From assembly GCF_016806735.1 (NCBI RefSeq), contig NZ_CP060530.1:810001-842000 (forward strand): a stretch of 32,000 bases of DNA, written 5' to 3'. The translations under genes were made by a program, and so were the position numbers. Of the stretch, positions 15,559-23,198 are shown piece by piece (position 1 is the stretch's first letter; every line of letters starts with the position of its first letter). A model generated the notes under the pieces. It made no database searches and was not told the origin of the DNA. It saw only the letters and a list, made by a program, of their open reading frames with translations. This DNA is from Candidatus Micrarchaeum sp. Its GTDB lineage: Archaea; Micrarchaeota; Micrarchaeia; Micrarchaeales; Micrarchaeaceae.

Positions 15559-16859
15559 TGTTTCTTACATCCGCAGGGATGGAGCAATACCTTTTTACCA
15601 TGGGCGTGCTTGTATCCTTCATCGGCATGCTCATTGGCGTATATTTTTCCCGCAGGCAGATAAGGGGCATATTCAAGGAAAGAGGCATAGATTCAAAGAA
15701 GCTTCTGCTCTCTTTTGCCATCGTTCTCGTATTCGTTTCTGCTGAGGCGCTCATAGTCAAACCGACGCAGCAGCTGTTTTTCGACGACACTATTTATCAG
15801 GACATGGCAATTAACCTGCTGCACATGGGACAGGCCTGGATGTGCACTTACGGAACCGCGAGCTCGTGCATCATAGGCAGCACATTTCACGAGCCGATAG
15901 GGACCGCCTTTCTTCTTGCGATCGGATTCGCGGGATTCGGGCTCAGCAGGACGACCGCTTATGGCACAATGTTTTTCATGGCTGCGGTTTCCGTATTCAT
16001 GACGTTCGTAGTGGCTCTGCTCCTCAGCAAAAAATTCAAGGTTGCCATATTCTCTGAGTTCATAATGGCGCTTACCCCCGTTTTGCTGGTATGGGCTTAT
16101 CCGACGACTTCAGACATGCCCATGCTGGCTTTTTCGCTTATTGCCATTGCGATGATGCTGGTTTTCCTAGAAAGGCGCAGCATGGCTACTTTGTTCACGG
16201 CCTTGATGGCCCTGTCGCTCCTTACATACATGAAGATAGACGGAGTCGTTTATCTCATTGCGATACCTCTGCTGTACGTCATAGTTTCCGATGGCAGCCT
16301 AAGGCAGTCCATAATGAACAATATGAAGCGCGTTAGAGAATACTGGCTTGATACAAGGTTCCTTTTGGTAATCCTTGTGTTCGTGCTTGCCATAGCTCCC
16401 GAGGTAGGGTTTGCCGCAAACGAACTCGTTTTCGGAAGTTTCGGATACCAGGGCGCATACGTGCAGCAGACTTGTATGGTAAACCAACCCAGTGTAATAG
16501 CGAGCAGACCCATAGATCTGCAGAATTTCGAGGCCAACCTGTGCTCTAATGTCGATTATTGGCTGAACTCTTACGCAAGCATAGACATAATACAGCCGCT
16601 TGCCTTCACGGCTTTTGCCATAATAGGCGTGGCGTTCATGCTGGCAGCAGGTTACAGGAGGCAGCTTCTCGCCATCGCAGTCTGGTTCGGGCTGTTCTTC
16701 GTGCTGTATACTTCATTCTATGCTGGCGGCGTACTTTACGGAGTAGACTGGAGATTCATGCTTTCGCTGGCCGCGCCAGCTGCCATACTTGGAGGATATG
16801 GCATTTACGGGATAGCCAAGACTGCTTCGATGTTTTTTGGTGGTGGATTTGAAAGATAA
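15558..16859 (+). CDS. GT-C fold membrane glycosyltransferase, ArnT/PMT (GT39)-like; possibly truncated by a frameshift
   Basis: ATG at 15558 overlaps the upstream TGA (TGATG) and is preceded by an AGAGGGG Shine-Dalgarno sequence. It has about 11 hydrophobic helices. The first loop, FFDDTIYQDMAINLLHMGQAW, matches the DD/DE...Y...A motif of ArnT/PMT_2-type enzymes. Confidence 0.6.
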   Translation: MFLTSAGMEQYLFTMGVLVSFIGMLIGVYFSRRQIRGIFKERGIDSKKLLLSFAIVLVFVSAEALIVKPTQQLFFDDTIYQDMAINLLHMGQAWMCTYGTASSCIIGSTFHEPIGTAFLLAIGFAGFGLSRTTAYGTMFFMAAVSVFMTFVVALLLSKKFKVAIFSEFIMALTPVLLVWAYPTTSDMPMLAFSLIAIAMMLVFLERRSMATLFTALMALSLLTYMKIDGVVYLIAIPLLYVIVSDGSLRQSIMNNMKRVREYWLDTRFLLVILVFVLAIAPEVGFAANELVFGSFGYQGAYVQQTCMVNQPSVIASRPIDLQNFEANLCSNVDYWLNSYASIDIIQPLAFTAFAIIGVAFMLAAGYRRQLLAIAVWFGLFFVLYTSFYAGGVLYGVDWRFMLSLAAPAAILGGYGIYGIAKTASMFFGGGFER

Positions 16860-17313
16860 GATTACTGCACGAAAGGCGGCATATGCCGTAGTTATTATTG
16901 CAATGCTCGCCGTATTGTTCTACTCGTTTTTGCTGCAGGTGCACGAGCTCGCAATAAAGCCGTCAAAGATAGCCCAGGCCGGAGGCGCAAGGTTTTATGA
17001 GAATTTTGTATACAACAGCAGCAGCAAAATACCGAACAGCTGCCTCGTTTTCAGCTATGATCCAACCCTGTTCAACATCGTTGGAAAGAATTCGGTCCAG
17101 TATTATTACATATACAACCAGAGCTTCATGGGCAGGGCGAGCGCCGAATACAAATGCTTGGTGATAGATTATGGATATTGGTGCGGAACGCCTGACAACA
17201 TATGCCAGCAGGCATTTTCCGAATACAAAACTTCGCCGATAGCTACTGCGACTTATCTTCCCGACAATTTCGAGTATGGGTTTTATCGCATAACAGGCTA
17301 CAATTCGAGCTGA
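16837..17313 (+). CDS. TM-anchored extracytoplasmic domain protein; probably the C-terminal part of the preceding GT-C transferase
   Basis: 158 aa in the +1 frame relative to 15558..16859. There is no ATG before its TM helix; only TTG/GTG codons at 16837-16845 are available. It overlaps the upstream ORF by 23 nt at a T6 run (16833-16838). Confidence 0.5.
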   Translation: MVVDLKDKITARKAAYAVVIIAMLAVLFYSFLLQVHELAIKPSKIAQAGGARFYENFVYNSSSKIPNSCLVFSYDPTLFNIVGKNSVQYYYIYNQSFMGRASAEYKCLVIDYGYWCGTPDNICQQAFSEYKTSPIATATYLPDNFEYGFYRITGYNSS

Positions 17314-17319
17314 ACTGCT

Positions 17320-17997
17320 TCAATCCAAGATGTTTTTAAGTATCGTCTTAAGTATTATGTAGCCGTCCCTGAACGAGTGCAGCTTGCCCGTCCCTGTCCC
17401 GCGTTTCTTTTCGAAGCTCGGGATCTCTATAACCTTCAGGTGCTTTTTACGGGCTTTTATGCTTATTTCCGTTTCTATGCCAAACCCGACTGACCTCAAG
17501 CCGAGCTTCTTTGTCGCTGATCTGCTGAAGCTCCTGTACCCGTAGCAGAGGTCGGAATAGTGCGCATTGTAAAGCGCGTTGACCATGTAGACAAAGACCT
17601 TATTGCCGAATCTTCGGAAGGCGGGCATGTCGTCCGAACCTCCGCCAGTAAGGAACCTGGAGCCCATGCATACGTCGTAGCCGGCTTCTATTGCAGTTAT
17701 GAGAAGCTTGAGCTCCATCGGCCTGTGCGAAAGATCCGCGTCCATAGATATTATTATCGAACCTTTCGCTTCCTTGAAGCCTTTTATGAGCGCGCTGCCT
17801 TTGCCATTGCTGTCGTACAGCACCTTGGCGCCGTTGCTTTTTGCAACTTCAGCAGTGCCGTCAGTCGAGTTTTTGTCCACTATTATTATTTCGTACCTGT
17901 AATCCTTAAGGGTGCTTTTTATTGACGGCAAAAGGCTGCGCAGGTTCTTGGCTTCGTTAAGTGTTGGTATTATTATGCTCACATATGGCTTTTGCAT
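17320..17997 (-). CDS. GT2 family glycosyltransferase, dolichyl-phosphate mannose/glucose synthase (Dpm1)-like
   Basis: 225 aa. VSIIIPTLNEAKNL, IIVDKNSTDGT, and DADLSH (the DxD-type motif), plus the compact size, are typical of polyprenyl-phosphate sugar synthases. Confidence 0.8.
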   Translation of the reverse strand: MQKPYVSIIIPTLNEAKNLRSLLPSIKSTLKDYRYEIIIVDKNSTDGTAEVAKSNGAKVLYDSNGKGSALIKGFKEAKGSIIISMDADLSHRPMELKLLITAIEAGYDVCMGSRFLTGGGSDDMPAFRRFGNKVFVYMVNALYNAHYSDLCYGYRSFSRSATKKLGLRSVGFGIETEISIKARKKHLKVIEIPSFEKKRGTGTGKLHSFRDGYIILKTILKNILD

Positions 17998-18015
17998 GGA
18001 GTAACCGCATATTTC

Positions 18016-18852
18016 TTATTGACCTTGTCGCGACCTTTTCCTTTTTCGCATTACAGAGAATATTATAAGCCCTATAAGGATAACGAATACCGCCACGAAT
18101 GCGCCAACTATCAAAAGGCTGCTCGATATCGAAGTCGTAGTTGAGCTTGATGATGACAGGTATAGGTTTTCCAGCGTGGAATAGTATTTGCCGTCATACA
18201 CGTATCCCGCAACCATTGAGACGCCGAGCGATGCGTTTGCAAGTCCGGACAATTTGCCGACAGATACGTTGAAGCTCGTGTTGTAGTCGGACTGTGGGTC
18301 TATCGTAGCGGTCCTGTTTGGGGGAGAATAGCGCACCTGCGGCGGTGCGATTATGTTTATGGTCGTATTTATCGGCTTTGACCCTATGTTGAATAGCCCG
18401 ATGTTAAGCTTGCCGTCGCTGTAGCCAGCCGAGATTGGAGCAAGGTAGTCCGTGAGATTCCCGGAATCGTAATTGAACCTGCATGGAAATGCTGCAAAGA
18501 AGTTGGACGAGCCCTGGAAATATGAAACTATAACCTCCAGTATGTAGCTGCCAGGCATCGGCAGATTGCTGAGATTAAATGTGGCTCCCCTAGTTGCATT
18601 TGGATATATGGAGCCTATGCTGTATGCGCTTATGTTTGCAGATGCAAGGGGTCCGAGGCCTTTAGGTATAAGGGATACGCCGGTTGCCGGGAAATCCCCG
18701 CTGTTCTGCAGCGAGAATGACACGTTGACAGTATTTGAAGATACACTAGAGTATGTGCACAGGCCGGTAAGGCTCACTGTGGCACCGAATGAAGTATATG
18801 CTAGCGCAATAATTGACAATAGCATTATCGCAGCAAAAATACGCACAGCCAT
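18016..18852 (-). CDS. secreted, C-terminally TM-anchored surface (glyco)protein
   Basis: ATG at 18850-18852 gives the signal peptide MAVRIFAAIMLLSIIALAYTSFG; the ORF track's TTG at 18861 adds only 3 aa. I count 10 N-X-S/T sequons. It has a Ser/Thr linker SSSSSTTTSISSS, a TM helix, and a KRKRSR stop-transfer tail. Only 18 nt separate it from the downstream GT2 gene. Confidence 0.7.
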   Translation of the reverse strand: MAVRIFAAIMLLSIIALAYTSFGATVSLTGLCTYSSVSSNTVNVSFSLQNSGDFPATGVSLIPKGLGPLASANISAYSIGSIYPNATRGATFNLSNLPMPGSYILEVIVSYFQGSSNFFAAFPCRFNYDSGNLTDYLAPISAGYSDGKLNIGLFNIGSKPINTTINIIAPPQVRYSPPNRTATIDPQSDYNTSFNVSVGKLSGLANASLGVSMVAGYVYDGKYYSTLENLYLSSSSSTTTSISSSLLIVGAFVAVFVILIGLIIFSVMRKRKRSRQGQ

Positions 18853-18874
18853 ACACCTCAAATATCAGACAAGC

Positions 18875-18885
18875 AATATTTATTA
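18875..18885. promoter_or_regulatory. AT-rich TATA-like box AATATTTATTA (recurrent 11-mer)
   Basis: Lies 23-33 nt upstream of the minus-strand ATG at 18852. A second AT box, ATAATTAAAATA (about 18893-18904), lies roughly 20-30 nt upstream of the + strand ATG at 18923. Confidence 0.4.
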
Positions 18886-18922
18886 ATCGGCAAATAATTA
18901 AAATAGTAAGTATGGTGCTTTT

Positions 18923-19489
18923 ATGACCGACATATTCATGGAGATAGAAAGGATAGATGGCAGCCTAAGAAGCTTGGAGGCCAGGCTCGATGAGGCGGAA
19001 GGGCTTGCAAGGCAGCTCGTCAGGGCTTGCGGCATTCTCATAACAAACATACACAGAAGGCAGGATGGAACGAAACAGGAATTGGAAGCAGCAAGGGCTG
19101 TCGCCGGCTCCCTTATAGGAATGGGCGAAGCCAATGAAAACATGAAGCTCCATTCATTGCAGGAGTATGCCGAAGCTTTCATATTTTACGCCACGATGTC
19201 GGAGGGCAGAGTCCCAGATTCAGCTGAAACAGGAGTAGGAGACAGGGCTTACCTGCTAGGCATGATGGATGCAATAGGAGAACTTAAGAGGGAAGTTTTC
19301 GAATCCCTTTCTAAAAACGAGGTGGCAAGGGCGAGGAATTACGCCAATGCGATGCAGGACATGTATGATGCGTGCGCAGGGATACGCTATCAGGAGCACG
19401 TGCTTCCGGGGTTCAGGCGCAAGCAGGACGTCGCAAGGGTCCTGGTCGAGAGCTGCAACGCAGAGCTGCTGCATTTTGGGCGCTTCTAG
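18923..19489 (+). CDS. translin family protein
   Basis: 188 aa, all-helical. AYLLGMMDAIGELKRE fits the Y-L-x-G-x-x-D-x-x-G-E-L-x-R core of translin/TRAX. This is recognition from memory only. Confidence 0.55.
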   Translation: MTDIFMEIERIDGSLRSLEARLDEAEGLARQLVRACGILITNIHRRQDGTKQELEAARAVAGSLIGMGEANENMKLHSLQEYAEAFIFYATMSEGRVPDSAETGVGDRAYLLGMMDAIGELKREVFESLSKNEVARARNYANAMQDMYDACAGIRYQEHVLPGFRRKQDVARVLVESCNAELLHFGRF

Positions 19490-19560
19490 CCGTTTTAGCC
19501 AATTGACGTTGGACACGCCAGCATTATAATTTGTTATTGCACATTGTGCTATGTGCTACA

Positions 19561-19950
19561 ATGCAGAAAATACTGTCTTCAATGGGCGAATTCCGGAGCA
19601 GTTTGAAGCCCGCAGTGCTTGATGCGAAGCACGACTGCAGCGAGGTTGTGGCGGAACGCATAAGCGAGCTTAGGGAATATGCACAGGGTAATGAAAGTGC
19701 ATTCCATAGGATAATAAACGGCTCTATAGAGGAACTTGCTGTTGCTGCCAGCTCTATTAAGGCAAACAATGAGAAGGAATACAACTCGCTGGTGCACAAC
19801 CTGATATCTGCAATCGGGCTGCTTTTTGAGGCTTCGTTGAAGGATGAAAAAGTCGGCGAGGCCTTGACTGAGGGATTGAGGAGATGGCAGACAAAGGACA
19901 TAGAGCAGTCCCTAAGGGATTACAGAAGCAGGACAAAGATTAGAAAATAA
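19561..19950 (+). CDS. hypothetical helical protein
   Basis: The first in-frame ATG is at 19561 (MQKILSSMGEF...); the ORF track's TTG is at 19531. A TATA-like CATTATAATTTG lies about 30 nt upstream. No motif recognised. Confidence 0.5.
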   Translation: MQKILSSMGEFRSSLKPAVLDAKHDCSEVVAERISELREYAQGNESAFHRIINGSIEELAVAASSIKANNEKEYNSLVHNLISAIGLLFEASLKDEKVGEALTEGLRRWQTKDIEQSLRDYRSRTKIRK

Positions 19951-19951
19951 C

Positions 19952-20299
19952 TCACTTTCCGGATTTGATGAGGGAATTGCAGTATGCTGATACTTTCCTG
20001 CTTGATGCCAGCCTTTCTATCATTTCCTGCACCTTTAGCGTATCTGAGCCGGAGATTATGGCTTTTGCTATGGGCTCGTGGATGCCGTTTGATTTTATGA
20101 AATTGGTGACCATGGACACCCGCTCCGAATATTTGCCCCTAAGGTATTTGTACACCGCGGGCTGGGCGACGCCCAGCTTGGAGGCTATTGTCTCCTGCGA
20201 GAACTTGTAATTGCCATAGAGCGTGTCCGATACCGCTATTCTTACTGCAGGTATTGAAAATTTTGCAAGCTTTTCGCACAGCATCTGCATGTCAATCAC
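19952..20299 (-). CDS. small HTH-type transcriptional regulator
   Basis: 115 aa. FSQETIASKLGVAQPAVYKYLRGK is a classic helix-turn-helix. It overlaps the upstream gene's stop by 4 nt. Confidence 0.6.
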   Translation of the reverse strand: MIDMQMLCEKLAKFSIPAVRIAVSDTLYGNYKFSQETIASKLGVAQPAVYKYLRGKYSERVSMVTNFIKSNGIHEPIAKAIISGSDTLKVQEMIERLASSRKVSAYCNSLIKSGK

Positions 20300-20853
20300 T
20301 CTATCCCGAATAGGTCCTTGAGGTTCTTTTTTATTCCCTTGTTCTTTTCCCAGACTGGCTTGGCATCGTCTTGGGCTTGCGGTTTTGGCTGGCTTTTTGA
20401 AAGCCCGAAACCGAATGCTGGCTTTTGCTTTTGTACAGGTTTTTGGGCTGCCGGCCTCTGCTGTTTCTTTTGTATCGCTGGCCTTTGGGGCTGCTGAACT
20501 GGCGATGAGCCCAGCGTAGAAGCTATATCAGATATAACGTCGGATTCGTCCTGCACCGCTATCAGGTTGGCGCCCTCTTCGAGCGCAGTCCCGAAGTCAT
20601 TTGAAGTGCTGCACGCCACGGCGTTGAAGTAGCCGCTCTTGTTTGCCATTAGAGCCAGCTTTATCGGGTTTGGGCATACGACTATGGCTATGGTGTTGTC
20701 GTCTATGTTGCTGCTTATGTCGGATATTACGGATTCCGGAGCGGAAGAGTCGGCTTCCGATATTATCGGATTGTCGCCCATCCTGCTTATGGCGTTTGAC
20801 AGCTTGATCGCTGCGCTGGGATCCGAAGATGAGATGTAGAATTTCAATTTCAT
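20296..20853 (-). CDS. hypothetical protein: N-terminal RpiB/LacAB-like-looking domain plus Q/P/K-rich tail
   Basis: 185 aa. AIVVCPNPIKLALMANKSGYFNAVACSTSNDFGTALEEGANLIAV loosely resembles the G-x-G..ANK...RAA...A......N.L pattern of RpiB-fold proteins. The C-terminus, QQPQRPAIQKKQQRPAAQKPVQKQKP, is low complexity. Confidence 0.4.
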   Translation of the reverse strand: MKLKFYISSSDPSAAIKLSNAISRMGDNPIISEADSSAPESVISDISSNIDDNTIAIVVCPNPIKLALMANKSGYFNAVACSTSNDFGTALEEGANLIAVQDESDVISDIASTLGSSPVQQPQRPAIQKKQQRPAAQKPVQKQKPAFGFGLSKSQPKPQAQDDAKPVWEKNKGIKKNLKDLFGIE

Positions 20854-20913
20854 GCACCTTTTTGGGGATTTTAAGCCGAATGAAGTAAAGACAGTTAATC
20901 TTATTATATGGCT

Positions 20914-20924
20914 AATATTTATTA
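20914..20924. promoter_or_regulatory. AT-rich TATA-like box AATATTTATTA (recurrent 11-mer)
   Basis: Lies 34-44 nt upstream of the S26e start at 20958. An AAGGTG Shine-Dalgarno sequence at 20947-20952 lies between them. Confidence 0.35.
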
Positions 20925-20957
20925 ATTAACCTGCAATAACAATAACAAGGTGTTTAA

Positions 20958-21191
20958 TTGCGAGGAAAGGATACACTAGTAATCTGCGAGTCATGCGGAA
21001 GGAAGGTCCCCAGGAACAAGGCCGTAATTTTCGAGAAATCGATCAGCTTCAGCACCGACCTGAAGACGGCAAACGACGTGCGCTTCTTCGAGCGCAGGAA
21101 GGTCTATTACTGCATAAGCTGTGCAAAGCACAGGGGAATCTTCGAGCAGAAAAAGCGCAAGGCAATAGAAAGATCGAAGAAAATGATGTGA
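20958..21191 (+). CDS. rps26e: 30S ribosomal protein S26e (eS26)
   Basis: 77 aa. CESCGRKVPRNKAV ... YYCISCAKHRGIF matches the C-x2-C-x3-VP-x-DKA ... YC-x-SCA-x-H zinc-ribbon pattern of eS26. The start is TTG; an in-frame TAA sits immediately upstream and an AAGGTG SD lies 5 nt before it. Confidence 0.7.
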   Translation: MRGKDTLVICESCGRKVPRNKAVIFEKSISFSTDLKTANDVRFFERRKVYYCISCAKHRGIFEQKKRKAIERSKKMM

Positions 21192-22211
21192 ATGCCAGTA
21201 GATCCTGACGATATGCTGATATTCAGGATGCGGCACATGAATCCAAATATGAGGATGGCGCCGCAGCAGATATCTCAGGCTACGCCAGCCCAGCAGACAA
21301 GGCAGCAGCCGGAACAGGCACAGGCAAGCGCAAAGACCCAACCCAAAGCGGCAGCGCAAGCTCCGCAGCAAAAGCCAAGGTTCGTGCCGCCTGCGGAAAG
21401 CAGGAGGCCGGCAGCGAATTTCAAGGAACAGACTGAAACTCCCATATTCGTGAGCCCCAAAGTATCCAACGCTGTCATAGAGGAAGCAGTAGAGGCAGCA
21501 GGAGGCGACATGTCGCAGATGTCTGCAAAGAAGAAGGGCAAGACACGCTCCGAGGAGGAGAGCGAGGAAGCTGCAGAGGGACTGTCATGCGTATGGCACC
21601 CGTGGAGGCCGGCATACGCGATATGCAACTACTGCCACAGGCCTTTCTGCTTCGAGGACATAGTCGAACAGAACGGACATTATTACTGCTTGGAAGACAT
21701 AGACAAGGTAGGCACTGAAAGCGCTATAAGCGAAGTGTCAGGGAAGCTTAACTATGTGAACGTTGGTGCAATATCCGGGATAATGTACGTGGCTGTATTC
21801 CTTCTTTTCATACTCTTTGCAAGCACGCAGCTTTCCAGCGTGATAAGCTATTCGAACAGCGTTGGCTTCTTCACTTTCCTTTCAAGCGCCAAGCTTGAGG
21901 AACTGCTGCTTGTGCTTGAAAGCGCCGTGTCGCTGCTGGCTTTCATAGCAGGGTTCCTGATAATGCTGCATACCAAGGCTGCGCTTGCAATTGGACCCAT
22001 AGCCGCATTGCTTACGATAATAATGTTCGCCTACGGGTTTGCGGCTTACGGCATATTGTATGCAGCCATAATAGCCGCGGTGGCGCTTATAGCGCTCATA
22101 ATGCAGGCATATTCCCTGGTTGGTTCGCGCAGCGTTGAAGCGGTTGAGGAGAAAAGCACCAATGAGCAGGATAATTCCGAAGTCCAGTTTGCAAACGTAG
22201 GCAGGTTCTAG
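21192..22211 (+). CDS. membrane protein with a Q/A/P-rich N-terminus, a B-box-like zinc finger and about 4 C-terminal TM helices
   Basis: 339 aa. Its ATG abuts the S26e TGA. CVWHPWRPAYAICNYCHRPFCFEDIVEQNGHYYC is a C/H-rich B-box-type pattern, followed by hydrophobic helices. Confidence 0.6.
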   Translation: MPVDPDDMLIFRMRHMNPNMRMAPQQISQATPAQQTRQQPEQAQASAKTQPKAAAQAPQQKPRFVPPAESRRPAANFKEQTETPIFVSPKVSNAVIEEAVEAAGGDMSQMSAKKKGKTRSEEESEEAAEGLSCVWHPWRPAYAICNYCHRPFCFEDIVEQNGHYYCLEDIDKVGTESAISEVSGKLNYVNVGAISGIMYVAVFLLFILFASTQLSSVISYSNSVGFFTFLSSAKLEELLLVLESAVSLLAFIAGFLIMLHTKAALAIGPIAALLTIIMFAYGFAAYGILYAAIIAAVALIALIMQAYSLVGSRSVEAVEEKSTNEQDNSEVQFANVGRF

Positions 22212-23140
22212 TCCTCTCTAGAAAGAGTTATTAGAGTATTGCCCAGACGTGTTTTCATTGGCATACCGTTGACATTTCTAGCGTTTGACCTGGAGGGCTC
22301 AAAGCCTGCGGTTGCAATTATGCCAGAAGCCACGGCCGACTGGTCTGCTCCCGAAACTACTGTTGGGAAATTGCGCGTAGCTTTGCGTATCAGCTTGGCA
22401 ACAGGCTCTTTTAACTGCACCTCTTTTCCGGAATGCAGCTCGTATCTTGCACCTGTTCCTGCGCTTATATGTATAACTTCGGGAAATTCGAATGAGGAAG
22501 CGTTTGGCTTGTTGAAAAACGCGCCGATGTATCCTGCTTCGCGATTGCGCGAATAATACAAATCCTCCAGAGGATATGGAGATGTTATGAATGACTTGTA
22601 GCTGTTCTGGCTGCCATAGGTAGTATAAATCCCAAATCCTATATCATTCCACGTATTTGTATCGTACGTAAGCCTGGCAAGCACGGAACCAACAGGTATT
22701 GAGTTCTCATCGGCTATCTTTCTTGCTGAAGCCATCGAATGCTCCATTTCCTTGTATTCGGCCAAGCCCCATTTCGGCATTATTATTTCTCTTGCCAGCT
22801 TCTCCGCGCCTATTTCGACAGCATGGTTTTGGTGTCTGAGCGTGCTGCTGTCTACCCTGAGAAGATGCGCCGCTTCATGCGCGAGCGTTATCTTTTCGTC
22901 GCGCGAATTCAGCTCGGTTGAAAGCATTATGAACAGATTTCCATCAAAACGTATTATGTAGCCGTCCCCGTTCAGGCATTCGCGCATTACCTTGAATTCC
23001 TTTTCCCCGGACCAAAGCTTTAGCCTGAGCGTGCCTTCGTGGCCGTAAGCGAACGAATCTATTGACTTCTTGGCATAGCGCATTAGATCTGCAAATTCGA
23101 TCGAGTAATCTTCAAGCTTCGCATTGGCTGTTGAGTTCAT
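22208..23140 (-). CDS. ImmA/IrrE-family (COG2856-like) zinc metallopeptidase domain protein with an uncharacterised C-terminal half
   Basis: 310 aa. HExxH appears as LAHEAAHLL, followed by EIGAEKLAREIIMP, which matches the E..AN.FA..LLMP pattern of ImmA/IrrE peptidases. Confidence 0.6.
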   Translation of the reverse strand: MNSTANAKLEDYSIEFADLMRYAKKSIDSFAYGHEGTLRLKLWSGEKEFKVMRECLNGDGYIIRFDGNLFIMLSTELNSRDEKITLAHEAAHLLRVDSSTLRHQNHAVEIGAEKLAREIIMPKWGLAEYKEMEHSMASARKIADENSIPVGSVLARLTYDTNTWNDIGFGIYTTYGSQNSYKSFITSPYPLEDLYYSRNREAGYIGAFFNKPNASSFEFPEVIHISAGTGARYELHSGKEVQLKEPVAKLIRKATRNFPTVVSGADQSAVASGIIATAGFEPSRSNARNVNGMPMKTRLGNTLITLSRED

Positions 23141-23169
23141 CCGAGCACGCTAATTGCTGGGGTCAGGTT

Positions 23170-23180
23170 AATATTTATTA
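23170..23180. promoter_or_regulatory. AT-rich TATA-like box AATATTTATTA (recurrent 11-mer)
   Basis: Lies 30-40 nt upstream of the minus-strand ATG at 23140, in the 58-nt gap after bud32. Confidence 0.35.
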
Positions 23181-23198
23181 TTTTGGGATTGCGGAAGA

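Noticed and set aside
20991-21628. Minus-strand ORFs of 126 aa and 117 aa over the S26e gene and the Q/A-rich start of the next gene
   Set aside because: They arise from low-complexity GC-rich codon repeats read in antisense (Cys/Leu/Ala-rich). The sense frames carry recognisable zinc-ribbon motifs.
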